From Minisyncoccota bacterium (GTDB lineage Bacteria; Patescibacteriota; Minisyncoccia; Phycocordibacterales; JABAAK01), in the NCBI GenBank assembly GCA_965204115.1, contig OZ241963.1, forward strand, positions 596,622-660,621: a stretch of DNA of 64,000 bases. Direction: 5' to 3'. The notes under the pieces were generated by a model. The model saw only the letters and a program-made list of their open reading frames with translations, had not been told where the DNA came from and searched no databases. Positions 40,128-49,500 of the stretch are shown in pieces; position 1 is the stretch's first letter, and each line of letters starts with the position of its first letter. Position numbers and translations under genes: made by a program.

Positions 40128-42686
40128 ATGCGGTATTTGAGAGGATTATTCGTACTGTTTTTTTTGATTGGGGCTTGTGTGGCGGTGTATGGCTTTTCTG
40201 TTTCTTTTGCGCAGGATGGAGGTCCCGGTTTTCGGATTGAGCAGATGTTGCGGAATAAGTTGAATCCTTCTGTTGTGGCATTTGAGCTGTACGGATCGTT
40301 TGAGCGTGATGATGTGGTGAATATGTACAGTAACGATGTGTTTATTAAGGCGAAAGTGCTGAATACATCCGATTTGACCGGGACGAAGACCATTACCATT
40401 GACAACATCTCGGTTGATGTATTTCAGGAGGGGGATAATTTGATTGAGGCGCGGATAGAGCGTCGTGGCATTGTGGTGGATAGGACACCGGCGTTTCGTC
40501 TGACGGTGCAGGAGCCGCCGCCAGTGCCAACCATGGAAGTGCTGGTGAACGAGGAAGAAGGCCTAGTCGGGCTGAATATCACCGGTGCGTTTAAAGAAAA
40601 CGATATTGTGCGGATTTTTTTGAACGATGTTGAGGTTCGCGCGAAGACCGTTGTGCTTGCCGATATCCTTGAGGAGGTTGTGCAGGTGGTCGGTATATCG
40701 ATGGAAACATTCATTATTGGGGAGAACTTTTTTACGGCAAGTGTTCGTCGTGGCGAGGTAGAAAGCGCGCGAAGTCAGCAGTCGGAGCCGATTATCGTGC
40801 AAGACCCGGAGGAGGAGAGGCAGCGACTGGAGACGGCTGCTCTTTTACAGTGCGCGACCTATGATGAGCCGAAAAAGATAGCCGCGCAGGAAACTGATTC
40901 ATACGAAGGTTTCGGCAATGCGTTGTCAATACGGGATGGTGTGCTTGTTGTCGGCACGAGAGGTGAGAAGACCCATATATATACAAAGATAAAACAAGCG
41001 ACTGATACTTCTGATACTTTTGCGTACTCAGCGACACTACTTGATCAGTATTTCAAGCAGTCCGGCTCGGCAAGGAAGTCCGTTTTTGCACAGGATCGGT
41101 TTACGGTACTTATCGGTGATCCCGGGTCCGGGTATGTGGCAGAGTCAGCGGGGGCGGTGCAGGTGTATAAGCGGTCTGGGGATGCATGGACGCTTCACAC
41201 GACTATTGCGCCGGCAGACCTGGAACCGCGCGAGTCGTTTGGTTCTGCTCTTGCTTCGGACGGACGATTGCTTGCGGTTACCGCGTCTCAATCGGACGGG
41301 GGCGGAGCGGTGTATGTCTATGCCAACATAGGCGGCAGATGGGGGAATCCGTTTCGTATTGTGCCGAATGACACTGCCTCGGATCAGGAGTTCGGGTACA
41401 GTGTTTCGGTCAGTGGCGAGCGTGTCGCCGTCGGTGCGCCTGGTGACGGTCCTGATGAAAATGGCGCGGTGTATGTGTACACACAATCTTCCGGTGAGTG
41501 GGCTGTGGAAAAGATAGTGCTCCGGAATCAGCGATTGCAGGCGCGATTCGGCAACGAAGTTTTGCTGCATGACGGCCTGTTGTTTGTCGGTGCATTGCGG
41601 AATGATCAAACCACGGATCGTCTTAACTCGGGCGTGGTGTATGTGTATATCAGGGAGAGTGGCGGATGGCAGTTGGTGCAAACTCTGACTCCGCGGGCGG
41701 ATGATGCCGGCGGTGAGTTTGGGACTGCCATTGCGCGGGCGGGGAATGTCCTGGCGATCGGTGCGCCGAGGAGTGATTTCGGACAAAAAAGAGCCGGTGC
41801 AGTGTATTTGTATAAGCAGGCGCGTAAAGGCGCGAAGTGGTCTTTTGATCGGGTTTTGGCTTTGGGTACTTTACGGAATGGTGACCGGTTCGGCGCATCT
41901 ATTGTGTTTGACGGACTGGATCTTTTTGTTGGCTCATATGGTGTTGATGGTCAGGAGAAGAATGTTGGCGCAGTGTATGAGTATGTTGGCAAGTTGGTTG
42001 CGTGTGTTTCTGATTCACCCGAAACCGTTGAGCAAAAAGAGGAGGTTTTCCTGACACAGGCGCAGCGCGATCAAGCCGAGTCAGAATTCTTAGGAAATCT
42101 GCAGAAGCAGAAGGAGGCGCTGGAGTTGCTGGCATCAAAAGTGTCCTCTGCCGCAAGTCAGTTAGGGGAACGAATTCGCGGGGTCTACGACGGCATTGCG
42201 AAAAAGCAGGAAAATATTGTGATCTATGATGAAGATGCGGTGCTCGCGAATGCGCAGCGGCGTGCTGCCGAATTGCGGGGGATTGTCGGGCCGGCATTGC
42301 CCCGTGCGATAGCAGTGCAGCGTGTTGATTCTCTTGATGATGTACCTACCGCTCCGACAAAAGAGACCGTGCGGACGCGGGAGTCCGTTATTCGGGAAAC
42401 TGAGCGGGATGTGGGTGTTGTGGTGCCGGTTTCTCATTTGGATTTGAAGCTTGGTGATGTGCATGAGGATGTCTATCGGTTGCAGGTATTTTTAAATAAT
42501 AACGGTTACCGTGTTGCGGAAGAGGGCGATGGAAGCCCCGGCAATGAAACCAGCGTTTTTAACCATGCGACTGATCAGACCCTGCGCTGGTTTCAGTTAG
42601 TGGAAGGGCTGCCTGTTACCGGTGTGTTAGATAGGACAACGCGGGACAGAATGCTCTCTCGGGTTACCACTTTTGTTGAAAAGTGA
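40128..42686 (+). CDS. Secreted FG-GAP repeat beta-propeller protein with coiled coil and C-terminal peptidoglycan-binding domain
   Basis: Repeated FG.S....VGAP...GAVYVY; LKLGD...VYRLQVFLNNNGY...FQ...GL.VTG..D..TR. Confidence 0.85.
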   Translation: MRYLRGLFVLFFLIGACVAVYGFSVSFAQDGGPGFRIEQMLRNKLNPSVVAFELYGSFERDDVVNMYSNDVFIKAKVLNTSDLTGTKTITIDNISVDVFQEGDNLIEARIERRGIVVDRTPAFRLTVQEPPPVPTMEVLVNEEEGLVGLNITGAFKENDIVRIFLNDVEVRAKTVVLADILEEVVQVVGISMETFIIGENFFTASVRRGEVESARSQQSEPIIVQDPEEERQRLETAALLQCATYDEPKKIAAQETDSYEGFGNALSIRDGVLVVGTRGEKTHIYTKIKQATDTSDTFAYSATLLDQYFKQSGSARKSVFAQDRFTVLIGDPGSGYVAESAGAVQVYKRSGDAWTLHTTIAPADLEPRESFGSALASDGRLLAVTASQSDGGGAVYVYANIGGRWGNPFRIVPNDTASDQEFGYSVSVSGERVAVGAPGDGPDENGAVYVYTQSSGEWAVEKIVLRNQRLQARFGNEVLLHDGLLFVGALRNDQTTDRLNSGVVYVYIRESGGWQLVQTLTPRADDAGGEFGTAIARAGNVLAIGAPRSDFGQKRAGAVYLYKQARKGAKWSFDRVLALGTLRNGDRFGASIVFDGLDLFVGSYGVDGQEKNVGAVYEYVGKLVACVSDSPETVEQKEEVFLTQAQRDQAESEFLGNLQKQKEALELLASKVSSAASQLGERIRGVYDGIAKKQENIVIYDEDAVLANAQRRAAELRGIVGPALPRAIAVQRVDSLDDVPTAPTKETVRTRESVIRETERDVGVVVPVSHLDLKLGDVHEDVYRLQVFLNNNGYRVAEEGDGSPGNETSVFNHATDQTLRWFQLVEGLPVTGVLDRTTRDRMLSRVTTFVEK

Positions 42687-42714
42687 GGCCTGTATTGCGT
42701 GTCATACTGTAGGT

Positions 42715-44448
42715 ATGTCGTTTTTTCGCAAGCATGCCCTGGATAGTCCGTATGCCGTTTTCTATGGTGTTGTGTTGATTGCGCTGCTCTCCATTTTTAT
42801 TCTTTACGATAATCAATTTCATAAAAAAATTGAGGGGGATGTCGGTATTTTTCTTCCGTTCGGGAGTGTCGGTGACCGAGGGAATATTTATTTTGTTGAC
42901 AAAGACGGTGAGAAACACCTTGCCGCGACGACACACTTCGGTTACAACCTCAACATTTCTCCGCTTGAGATTGAGGACGCGGAGGAAGTGTATGAGCATT
43001 TGAATGCGGAGCTTGCCATAGACCGCCGGAGCTTTTTTAAGAGCGCGCAGAAGTCGGATAATGACGAGTACGAGATCATTGAGCGGGATATACCCGAATC
43101 TATACAGGAAAAGATACAGGCGCGCATTGATCAGTTTGGGCTGAAAGGGGTTTGGCTGGAGCCGTTCAAAAAGCGGGAGTATATTAACGGGTCGCTTGCG
43201 GCGCATGCGCTCGGTTTTGTATCGGTTGATGAGCAGCAAGCGACGCGGGGGCAGTATGGTGTGGAGAATGTCTTTGATGATGTGCTGAGCAGCGCGAACA
43301 GAATACCGAAAACCGCGGGTTCAATTGTTTTGGAGCGTATTGGTGAGCTGCCGCCGCAAAGCGAGCGGCCGTCTGCCGGTAATGTTACCCTCACTATCGA
43401 TATTAATGTGCAGCGGCAGCTGGAGGCGCAGTTGCGGAGGATACAGTATAACTGGGGAGCGGAGAAGGTCGGTGGGGTGGTGATGGATCCGCATGACGGC
43501 GCTCTTATTGCGATCGGCGCGGTGCCGTCATTTAATCCAAATACCTACGGGCAAGTGACTGATTACTCGGTGTTTAACAATCCCATCGTTGAGGATGTGT
43601 ATGAAATGGGATCGGTGTTCAAGGCGTTGACTACCGCAATTGGTCTTGATTCCGGGCGGGTGTCACTGCGTGACACCTATACTGATACCGGGCAGGTGAC
43701 CGTGGATGAGGAAGTGATATCAAACTACGATGGTCGCGGGCGAGGGCCGAATACCGGTATTCAGACCGTCCTGTCTCAATCGTTGAACACCGGCGCTGTT
43801 TTTATGCTCCAAAAAATCGGCATCGGTACCTATCAGGACTATATGGGTGAATTCCGTTTTGACAGCATTACCCAAGTTGATCTGCCGAAAGAGATACCCG
43901 GGCTGGTTGACAACCTTAACAGCAATCGTGAGATAGAGTTCGCGACCGCGTCATTCGGGCAGGGTATTGCGGTTACGCCGATAGCTGCCGCGCGGGCATT
44001 TGCCTCATTAGCCAACGGAGGTTTTGTTGTTCAGCCCTATGTGACAAAAGATATTGAGCAGCCGTTGGTCGGCGGAGTAATTTCAGGGAGAGATTTCACC
44101 CGGGAACGCAAGCGGGTGTTTAACACCTCAACTATCAGTGAGGTGACCGCCTTGCTCACGCGCGTGTACGACCGCGGGATACTCGGCGGCTCGCTGCGTA
44201 ACGCGCGGTATGGTATCGCCGCGAAGACCGGAACCGCGCAGCTCGTTGACCCGCAAACCGGTAAATATGCGGAAAATAAATTCCTCCACTCATTCTTCGG
44301 TTATTTCCCGTCGTCTGAGCCGAAATATCTCATCTTCCTCTTTGCGGTTGATCCGAAAACAAAGTACGCTTCCACCTCACTTTCCCACCCCTTTGCCGCT
44401 TTAGCGAATTACATCATCTCCTACTATGCGATTCCTCCGGATCGGTAG
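42715..44448 (+). CDS. Class B penicillin-binding protein (FtsI/PBP2-like transpeptidase)
   Basis: RGNIY, SxxK (GSVFK), SxN (SLN), KTGTAQ. Confidence 0.9.
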   Translation: MSFFRKHALDSPYAVFYGVVLIALLSIFILYDNQFHKKIEGDVGIFLPFGSVGDRGNIYFVDKDGEKHLAATTHFGYNLNISPLEIEDAEEVYEHLNAELAIDRRSFFKSAQKSDNDEYEIIERDIPESIQEKIQARIDQFGLKGVWLEPFKKREYINGSLAAHALGFVSVDEQQATRGQYGVENVFDDVLSSANRIPKTAGSIVLERIGELPPQSERPSAGNVTLTIDINVQRQLEAQLRRIQYNWGAEKVGGVVMDPHDGALIAIGAVPSFNPNTYGQVTDYSVFNNPIVEDVYEMGSVFKALTTAIGLDSGRVSLRDTYTDTGQVTVDEEVISNYDGRGRGPNTGIQTVLSQSLNTGAVFMLQKIGIGTYQDYMGEFRFDSITQVDLPKEIPGLVDNLNSNREIEFATASFGQGIAVTPIAAARAFASLANGGFVVQPYVTKDIEQPLVGGVISGRDFTRERKRVFNTSTISEVTALLTRVYDRGILGGSLRNARYGIAAKTGTAQLVDPQTGKYAENKFLHSFFGYFPSSEPKYLIFLFAVDPKTKYASTSLSHPFAALANYIISYYAIPPDR

Positions 44449-44546
44449 GCTCAGGTACCCACCGAACATCCTTACTCACCCGCTCCCACACACCACACAC
44501 CGGCACCCTGCGTTTGCTGATAGCGTTGTGGTAGAATGCTAATACT

Positions 44547-44819
44547 ATGAAAAAGAAAGCACCAATAAAGAAAAAAGCCGCCTCCAAAAGAAAAACCGCT
44601 GCCAAGAGTAGGAGGAAGGTTGCCACCAAAAAAGTGACTAAGCGGACTCCGAGGAAGAGAAGGCGTATGTATACCTATGACACACTTGTGGGTGAGGTGG
44701 AGCAGGATATGGGTATAGAGACAAGTGTGCCGTCTGATATGAAACTTGGGGATTACTTTAAGAAGAAAAAAAGGTACGCTCTTGTGGAGTTGTTGGGTGG
44801 GGGCAGCATGGCAAAGTGA
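44547..44819 (+). CDS. Small basic protein: Lys/Arg-rich N half plus compact C-terminal domain
   Basis: KKKAPIKKKAASKRKTAAKS...; DTLVGEVEQDMG...SDMKLGDYF; TGGTAGAAT 9 nt before ATG. Confidence 0.65.
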   Translation: MKKKAPIKKKAASKRKTAAKSRRKVATKKVTKRTPRKRRRMYTYDTLVGEVEQDMGIETSVPSDMKLGDYFKKKKRYALVELLGGGSMAK

Positions 44820-44852
44820 TTTGAACTTCACTTTGTGAGATGCGAATAGCTT

Positions 44853-45380
44853 ATGCAAAATATTGACTTTTCCTTTATCAAAGAATCGGTGTTGCGCAGG
44901 AATGTTGAAAAGATTTCTAGTGATGTTTTAAAACTGGAACTGCTATTAAACGATGCGTCAAAAGAGGTGGTGGACTGTCTTAGAAAAACCGTTGTTATCT
45001 ATACCGCATCAATTATTGAGGCGTTGGTGTTTTGGAAGATTCGGGAGGAAATCACGACTGAGAGAGTAATATTGAAAGATGAGTGGAAGTACAAGGATGT
45101 AAAAGTGCTGTATGCCATTAGTAACGATAGTGAAATAATCGGAGCAGAGCGAAATAGGGAAGAGAGGTCTATAGATAAGCTGGATTTTCATACAATGATA
45201 CGGATAAGCAAGGATAAGCGTATTTTTTCGAATGTGCTATTGAAGGACTTAGACCAGGTGCGGCAATTGCGCAATGAGATTCATATTGATCGGCTGGAGG
45301 ATATCGTGAAAACCTATCCTATGGTGAATGTAGATTTTGTGCAGGAAACATTGGTGAAGACAATACACGCAGTGCGGTAG
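44853..45380 (+). CDS. Putative HEPN-domain protein
   Basis: Helical; ASIIEAL and LDQVRQLRNEIH (R-N-x-x-H); AT-richer than neighbours. Confidence 0.6.
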   Translation: MQNIDFSFIKESVLRRNVEKISSDVLKLELLLNDASKEVVDCLRKTVVIYTASIIEALVFWKIREEITTERVILKDEWKYKDVKVLYAISNDSEIIGAERNREERSIDKLDFHTMIRISKDKRIFSNVLLKDLDQVRQLRNEIHIDRLEDIVKTYPMVNVDFVQETLVKTIHAVR

Positions 45381-45435
45381 GGGTTGGGTTTTGTGATGTC
45401 GGCGCCGTGAAATAGGCATAGTATACTGGGTATAT

Positions 45436-45849
45436 ATGTCTGCTCGGTCTGTTTTTTTGTCTGTATGCGTTGTTGTGATGTGTAGCGTGTTTGTGCTGCT
45501 GTTTTTTGGTGTGGGCGCGGAGGGTTCGACTGCCACTTTTCATAATCCGCTGCAATATGATTCGTTATTGCCGTCTGATGGTGATGAGGGGCTTCTTTTT
45601 GCCTTGGTGGATGGTATTACTATTGTGCTGATGCCGATTATTGTCCTGCTTATTGCCTATATCGGTTTTCGGATGGTGCTTGCCGGTCGGGAGAAGACCG
45701 CTGATTATGCGCGGTGGAAGAATGCCTTTGCTATGGCGCTTATTGGTCTCTTCCTTATTCTCGGGACGCGCGGTATCCTCTATGTTATAAAAAACACTGT
45801 TGAAGATGTTCTCGGCGATGAGTATGTTGAGGATCTTCTTGGTGAGTAG
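45436..45849 (+). CDS. TrbC/VirB2-like (CPR T4SS-type) pilin
   Basis: Signal peptide, NPL, two TM helices: IAYIGFRMVLAG...KNAFAMALIGLFLILG. Confidence 0.7.
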   Translation: MSARSVFLSVCVVVMCSVFVLLFFGVGAEGSTATFHNPLQYDSLLPSDGDEGLLFALVDGITIVLMPIIVLLIAYIGFRMVLAGREKTADYARWKNAFAMALIGLFLILGTRGILYVIKNTVEDVLGDEYVEDLLGE

Positions 45850-45858
45850 GTAGTGTAT

Positions 45859-46023
45859 AGGAGTAAAGCGACTAGTATGTCGCTTTGCGAGTAAGGTGCG
45901 GCAGCCCTGCCGCAGGAGTAAAGCGACTAGTATGTCGCTTTGCGAGTAAGGTGCGGCAGCCCTGCCGCAGGAGTAAAGCGACTAGTATGTCGCTTTGCGA
46001 GTAAGGTGCGGCAGCCCTGCCGC
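45859..46023. repeat. Perfect 3 x 55-bp tandem repeat, two hairpins per unit
   Basis: AGGAGTAAAGCGACTAGTATGTCGCTTTGCGAGTAAGGTGCGGCAGCCCTGCCGC at 45859, 45914 and 45969. Confidence 0.95.
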
Positions 46024-46064
46024 ACAATAAAACGAGTAGCATTTCATAGCGCGACCTGCCTGTC

Positions 46065-46309
46065 CTTTACTATTTTTTTATTTGTTGTGCAATATTTTTT
46101 ATTTATTGTGTAATAGCAGTAGATTTTTTGACAGAAAGCTTTGAGTGTGGTGTGGCGGGGGGTGGAGGTGGAGTGATTTTTCTTGACGGAAGGGTAGGGT
46201 TTGTGGTTTGGGAGATGGCTGACTATCCGCTCTTTACTATTTTTATATTTGTTGTGCAGTATTTCATATTTATTGTGTAGTAGTGAAAATTTTTTGACAG
46301 AAAGTTTTG
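46065..46309. repeat. Degenerate ~78-bp direct repeat, two copies
   Basis: CTTTACTATTTTT...TTTGTTGTGCA.TATTT...TTTATTGTGTA.TAG...TTTTTGACAGAAAG.TTTG at 46065-46143 and 46232-46309. Confidence 0.75.
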
Positions 46310-46507
46310 CATGTGATTTGGCTGAGGGCAATTTTTTATGTTTATACGATACTTTTTTGGTTTGTAAACCCTTGCGAGATTTCACGAGTTTGTGTATAGT
46401 AAGGTAAATTGTGTTCCATTCACTTTCCGCGGAGCTGCTCCGTCTTTTTTCGGTCGGGGGCTTTTATTCTTTTATTCACTAATATTAATTAATTAAAAAA
46501 ATTTCTT

Positions 46508-49500
46508 ATGAATACTATAATTCAAATTCTAAAAACAAACAAACAAAAAATCACCTACCTCATACTCAGCGGTATGTTGATGGTGAGTTTTGTAACATTA
46601 GTAAGCACTGTGCCGGTTGTAGATGCGGTGGCACCATCCATAGCGATAACCTTTTCCGATGCTGACGCTGACAATGATGATACTGACGATGCAACCACCA
46701 AAACCAGAGAAAAGACCGTCACAGCATCTGACTCTGCAAATAACGCAGGTACCACATGGAAACACAAAATACTCGCAGACGCCGAAACCTGTGATGCAGC
46801 TGAGATGGCAGATGGTACGAGAACCGGAAACACAATCAGAATGAGTTCCGAGAGTACTTACAACAATCGCAAAATATGTTTTGAAGCAACAAATGGAAGT
46901 GATGTTGAATATCAAGACACAGCTCTCATTACCGGTATTGACCGACAAAGACCTAATCAGCCAACCGGCATTACACTCGCCGCGAGTGATGACACAGGAT
47001 CAAGTACCACCGATGGACTTACTCAGAGCACTCGGGACTTGACCATCACCGGGTGTGCGGAAACAGATAGCACAGTCACATTGCTGGTAGATAACCAACC
47101 TTTTAACCCAGCAGAGACAGGTACCGCAAACGGCAGCGCTTGTACAGCATCTGGCACAAGTGAGTTTTCTATTGACATTGACCTTGCGGAACGCGCAAGG
47201 GCATACAAGATTAGCGCAACAGCAACTGATGCAGCAGGAAATGTTTCTTCAAGATCAAGCAGCTCAGAAAATGCAACCATCATAGTAGACACGACCGCAC
47301 CAACAGTTGCCCTCACGCACAAATTGACAGGAGGCGTTGTCGGCGAAGGGGGGGATTATAATCACCTCACCTACTTAAACGCTGGCGACACCATAGCGGT
47401 GACGATGACTTTTACCGAGGCAAACGGCATGAGTGAGGAGATCTCAGCTCGACCGACCGTCACTTTTTATGGCAGCAGTGGCGTACTCGGCGGAATCACC
47501 TCGCTCGGAACCGACACGCCAACAGCCACCGGCAACACCAAAGTTGCAACATACACTGTCAGTGGAACAGAGACCGTTGCTGCGGGCAACCTAAAATATG
47601 ATATTACGAACGAAGCATCTATTGTTGACAAAGCGGGTAATGTGCTCGCCACTCAAGAGGAGAAAGTTATCGCTAACACCATCATTGACACGACTGCACC
47701 GACTGTCGGCAATATCGCCTTCACCACCACGAATAGCAATAATGGTCAAGCTGCTGAAAGCGACGAGATTACCGCAACAATGACCTTCAGTGAAAAAGTT
47801 AGCGAGAAGGTCAGCAACACCGGAATTTTCTACCGACTCGGGACCAGCGGTGCCGGCAAGCGATTTTCATTCGCCTCCGGACGAAACTTTATCTCAGGAC
47901 AGTGTCAAGAAACCTCAACAGCAAACCAATATGTGTGTAAATACACTGTGGAACAGGGCGATGCAGGAGTGTTTCAAGTATCAGTTGATAAGTTCGCTGA
48001 CTATGCCGGCAATGCAGGCACAAAGGCGGGCTTTGTCGGTGAAATAATGACCGACACCGGCGCTACTGCTCCAACGGCTATCACGCTAAAGCGAGGTATT
48101 AAAAATCGTGACAAAAATATAGCACCTACATTTGTCGTAACTGTCGGAGAAAATGGCGGAACTGTCACACTCTACGAAGACAGTGACTGTAGTACCGAGG
48201 TCAGTGGGGCAGAGCCGGTTGATGACACAAGATCTCCATACACCGTTGAAATTGTGACAAATGATTATGAAGATGATGGCAGTGATGATGGACTAAAGAC
48301 CATCTATGCAGAACACACAGACGACGCAAGCAACACCTCCGGCTGTTCTACGGCGTATGGTTCTTACACCTTGGACACCAGCAGTCCACTCGTTGACGAA
48401 TCTGAAACCGGTTACTACAGCGACGCATCAGTTACGCAGTTGATTTCACTTACTGATGGTAAGGGCAGAGTAGCGGCTGGCAACAATATTTATACCAAGG
48501 TTGTATTTGATGAAGAGGTGCGGTACCGACCCGGCTCTTCTGCAAGCGCGCTTCCGGAAATTAAGTACACCATCGGCGATAACGAGCACCGGTATCGTAT
48601 TGTCAGCTACAACTCCACTCTGAGCGGCGGACGATGTAAGCCAACCAGCAGCAACAACATTTCTGACACTTACATTTGTCAGTATCGGGTACGATCTAAC
48701 GATGTCGGCACTTTTGCGGTAGTAGTTGATACTGCCACCGAAGACCTGCTTGAGCATACACTTGAGGAAACTTACACCCACGCGGACAGCATTATGTTAG
48801 ACAACACTGCACCCGCAAAGCCATCTGCTCTTGATCTATCGGCTGATGACGATAGTGGTAACATCACTGATGACAATGTGACGAACAAGGTCAATAACTT
48901 AACCATTGAAGGATGTGCAGAAACAGACAGCTCAGTGCAGCTATACGCAAATGGTGTTAGTATCACAGGCGCAACAGACACTGCTAATGATGCCGGTCAC
49001 ACTTGTGATACTGATGACAATGGTTTCAGTATTGACATTTCGTTGACTGAAGGCACGCAAAGAATTACTGCGAAGGCGACTGACGACTCAGGTAACACCA
49101 GTGCCGCTTCTGATGCGCTTGTTATTATCGTTGACACGACCGCGCCGACAGCAGCCCTGACCGGCATGCCGACCGGCACGAACAATGTTGATGTGCTGGA
49201 TGTTACCGTCGCTGGTACCGATGTGACCCACTATCAACACGAAGTGCTCAATGGGACCTCTTGTGCGAATGCGAATTACTCAGGCGGTGATACTGACGGT
49301 ACGGCAATTGCTGACAAGATTACTGATTCCATCCCGACTCGAGACGGGTCAATCATTCTCTGTGTTGTCGGACGAGACAAAGCGGGGAACTGGCAAACGA
49401 AAGCCAACGCGACTACCGCGACTTGGACTCGCGACAGAACCGGACCGGCAAAGCCAACCGGGCTCACCCTTGACGCTGCAGACGACACCGGATTGCTGGC

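Noticed and set aside
45859-46023. CRISPR array
   Set aside because: Units are identical end to end with no unique spacers, and there are no cas genes in the window
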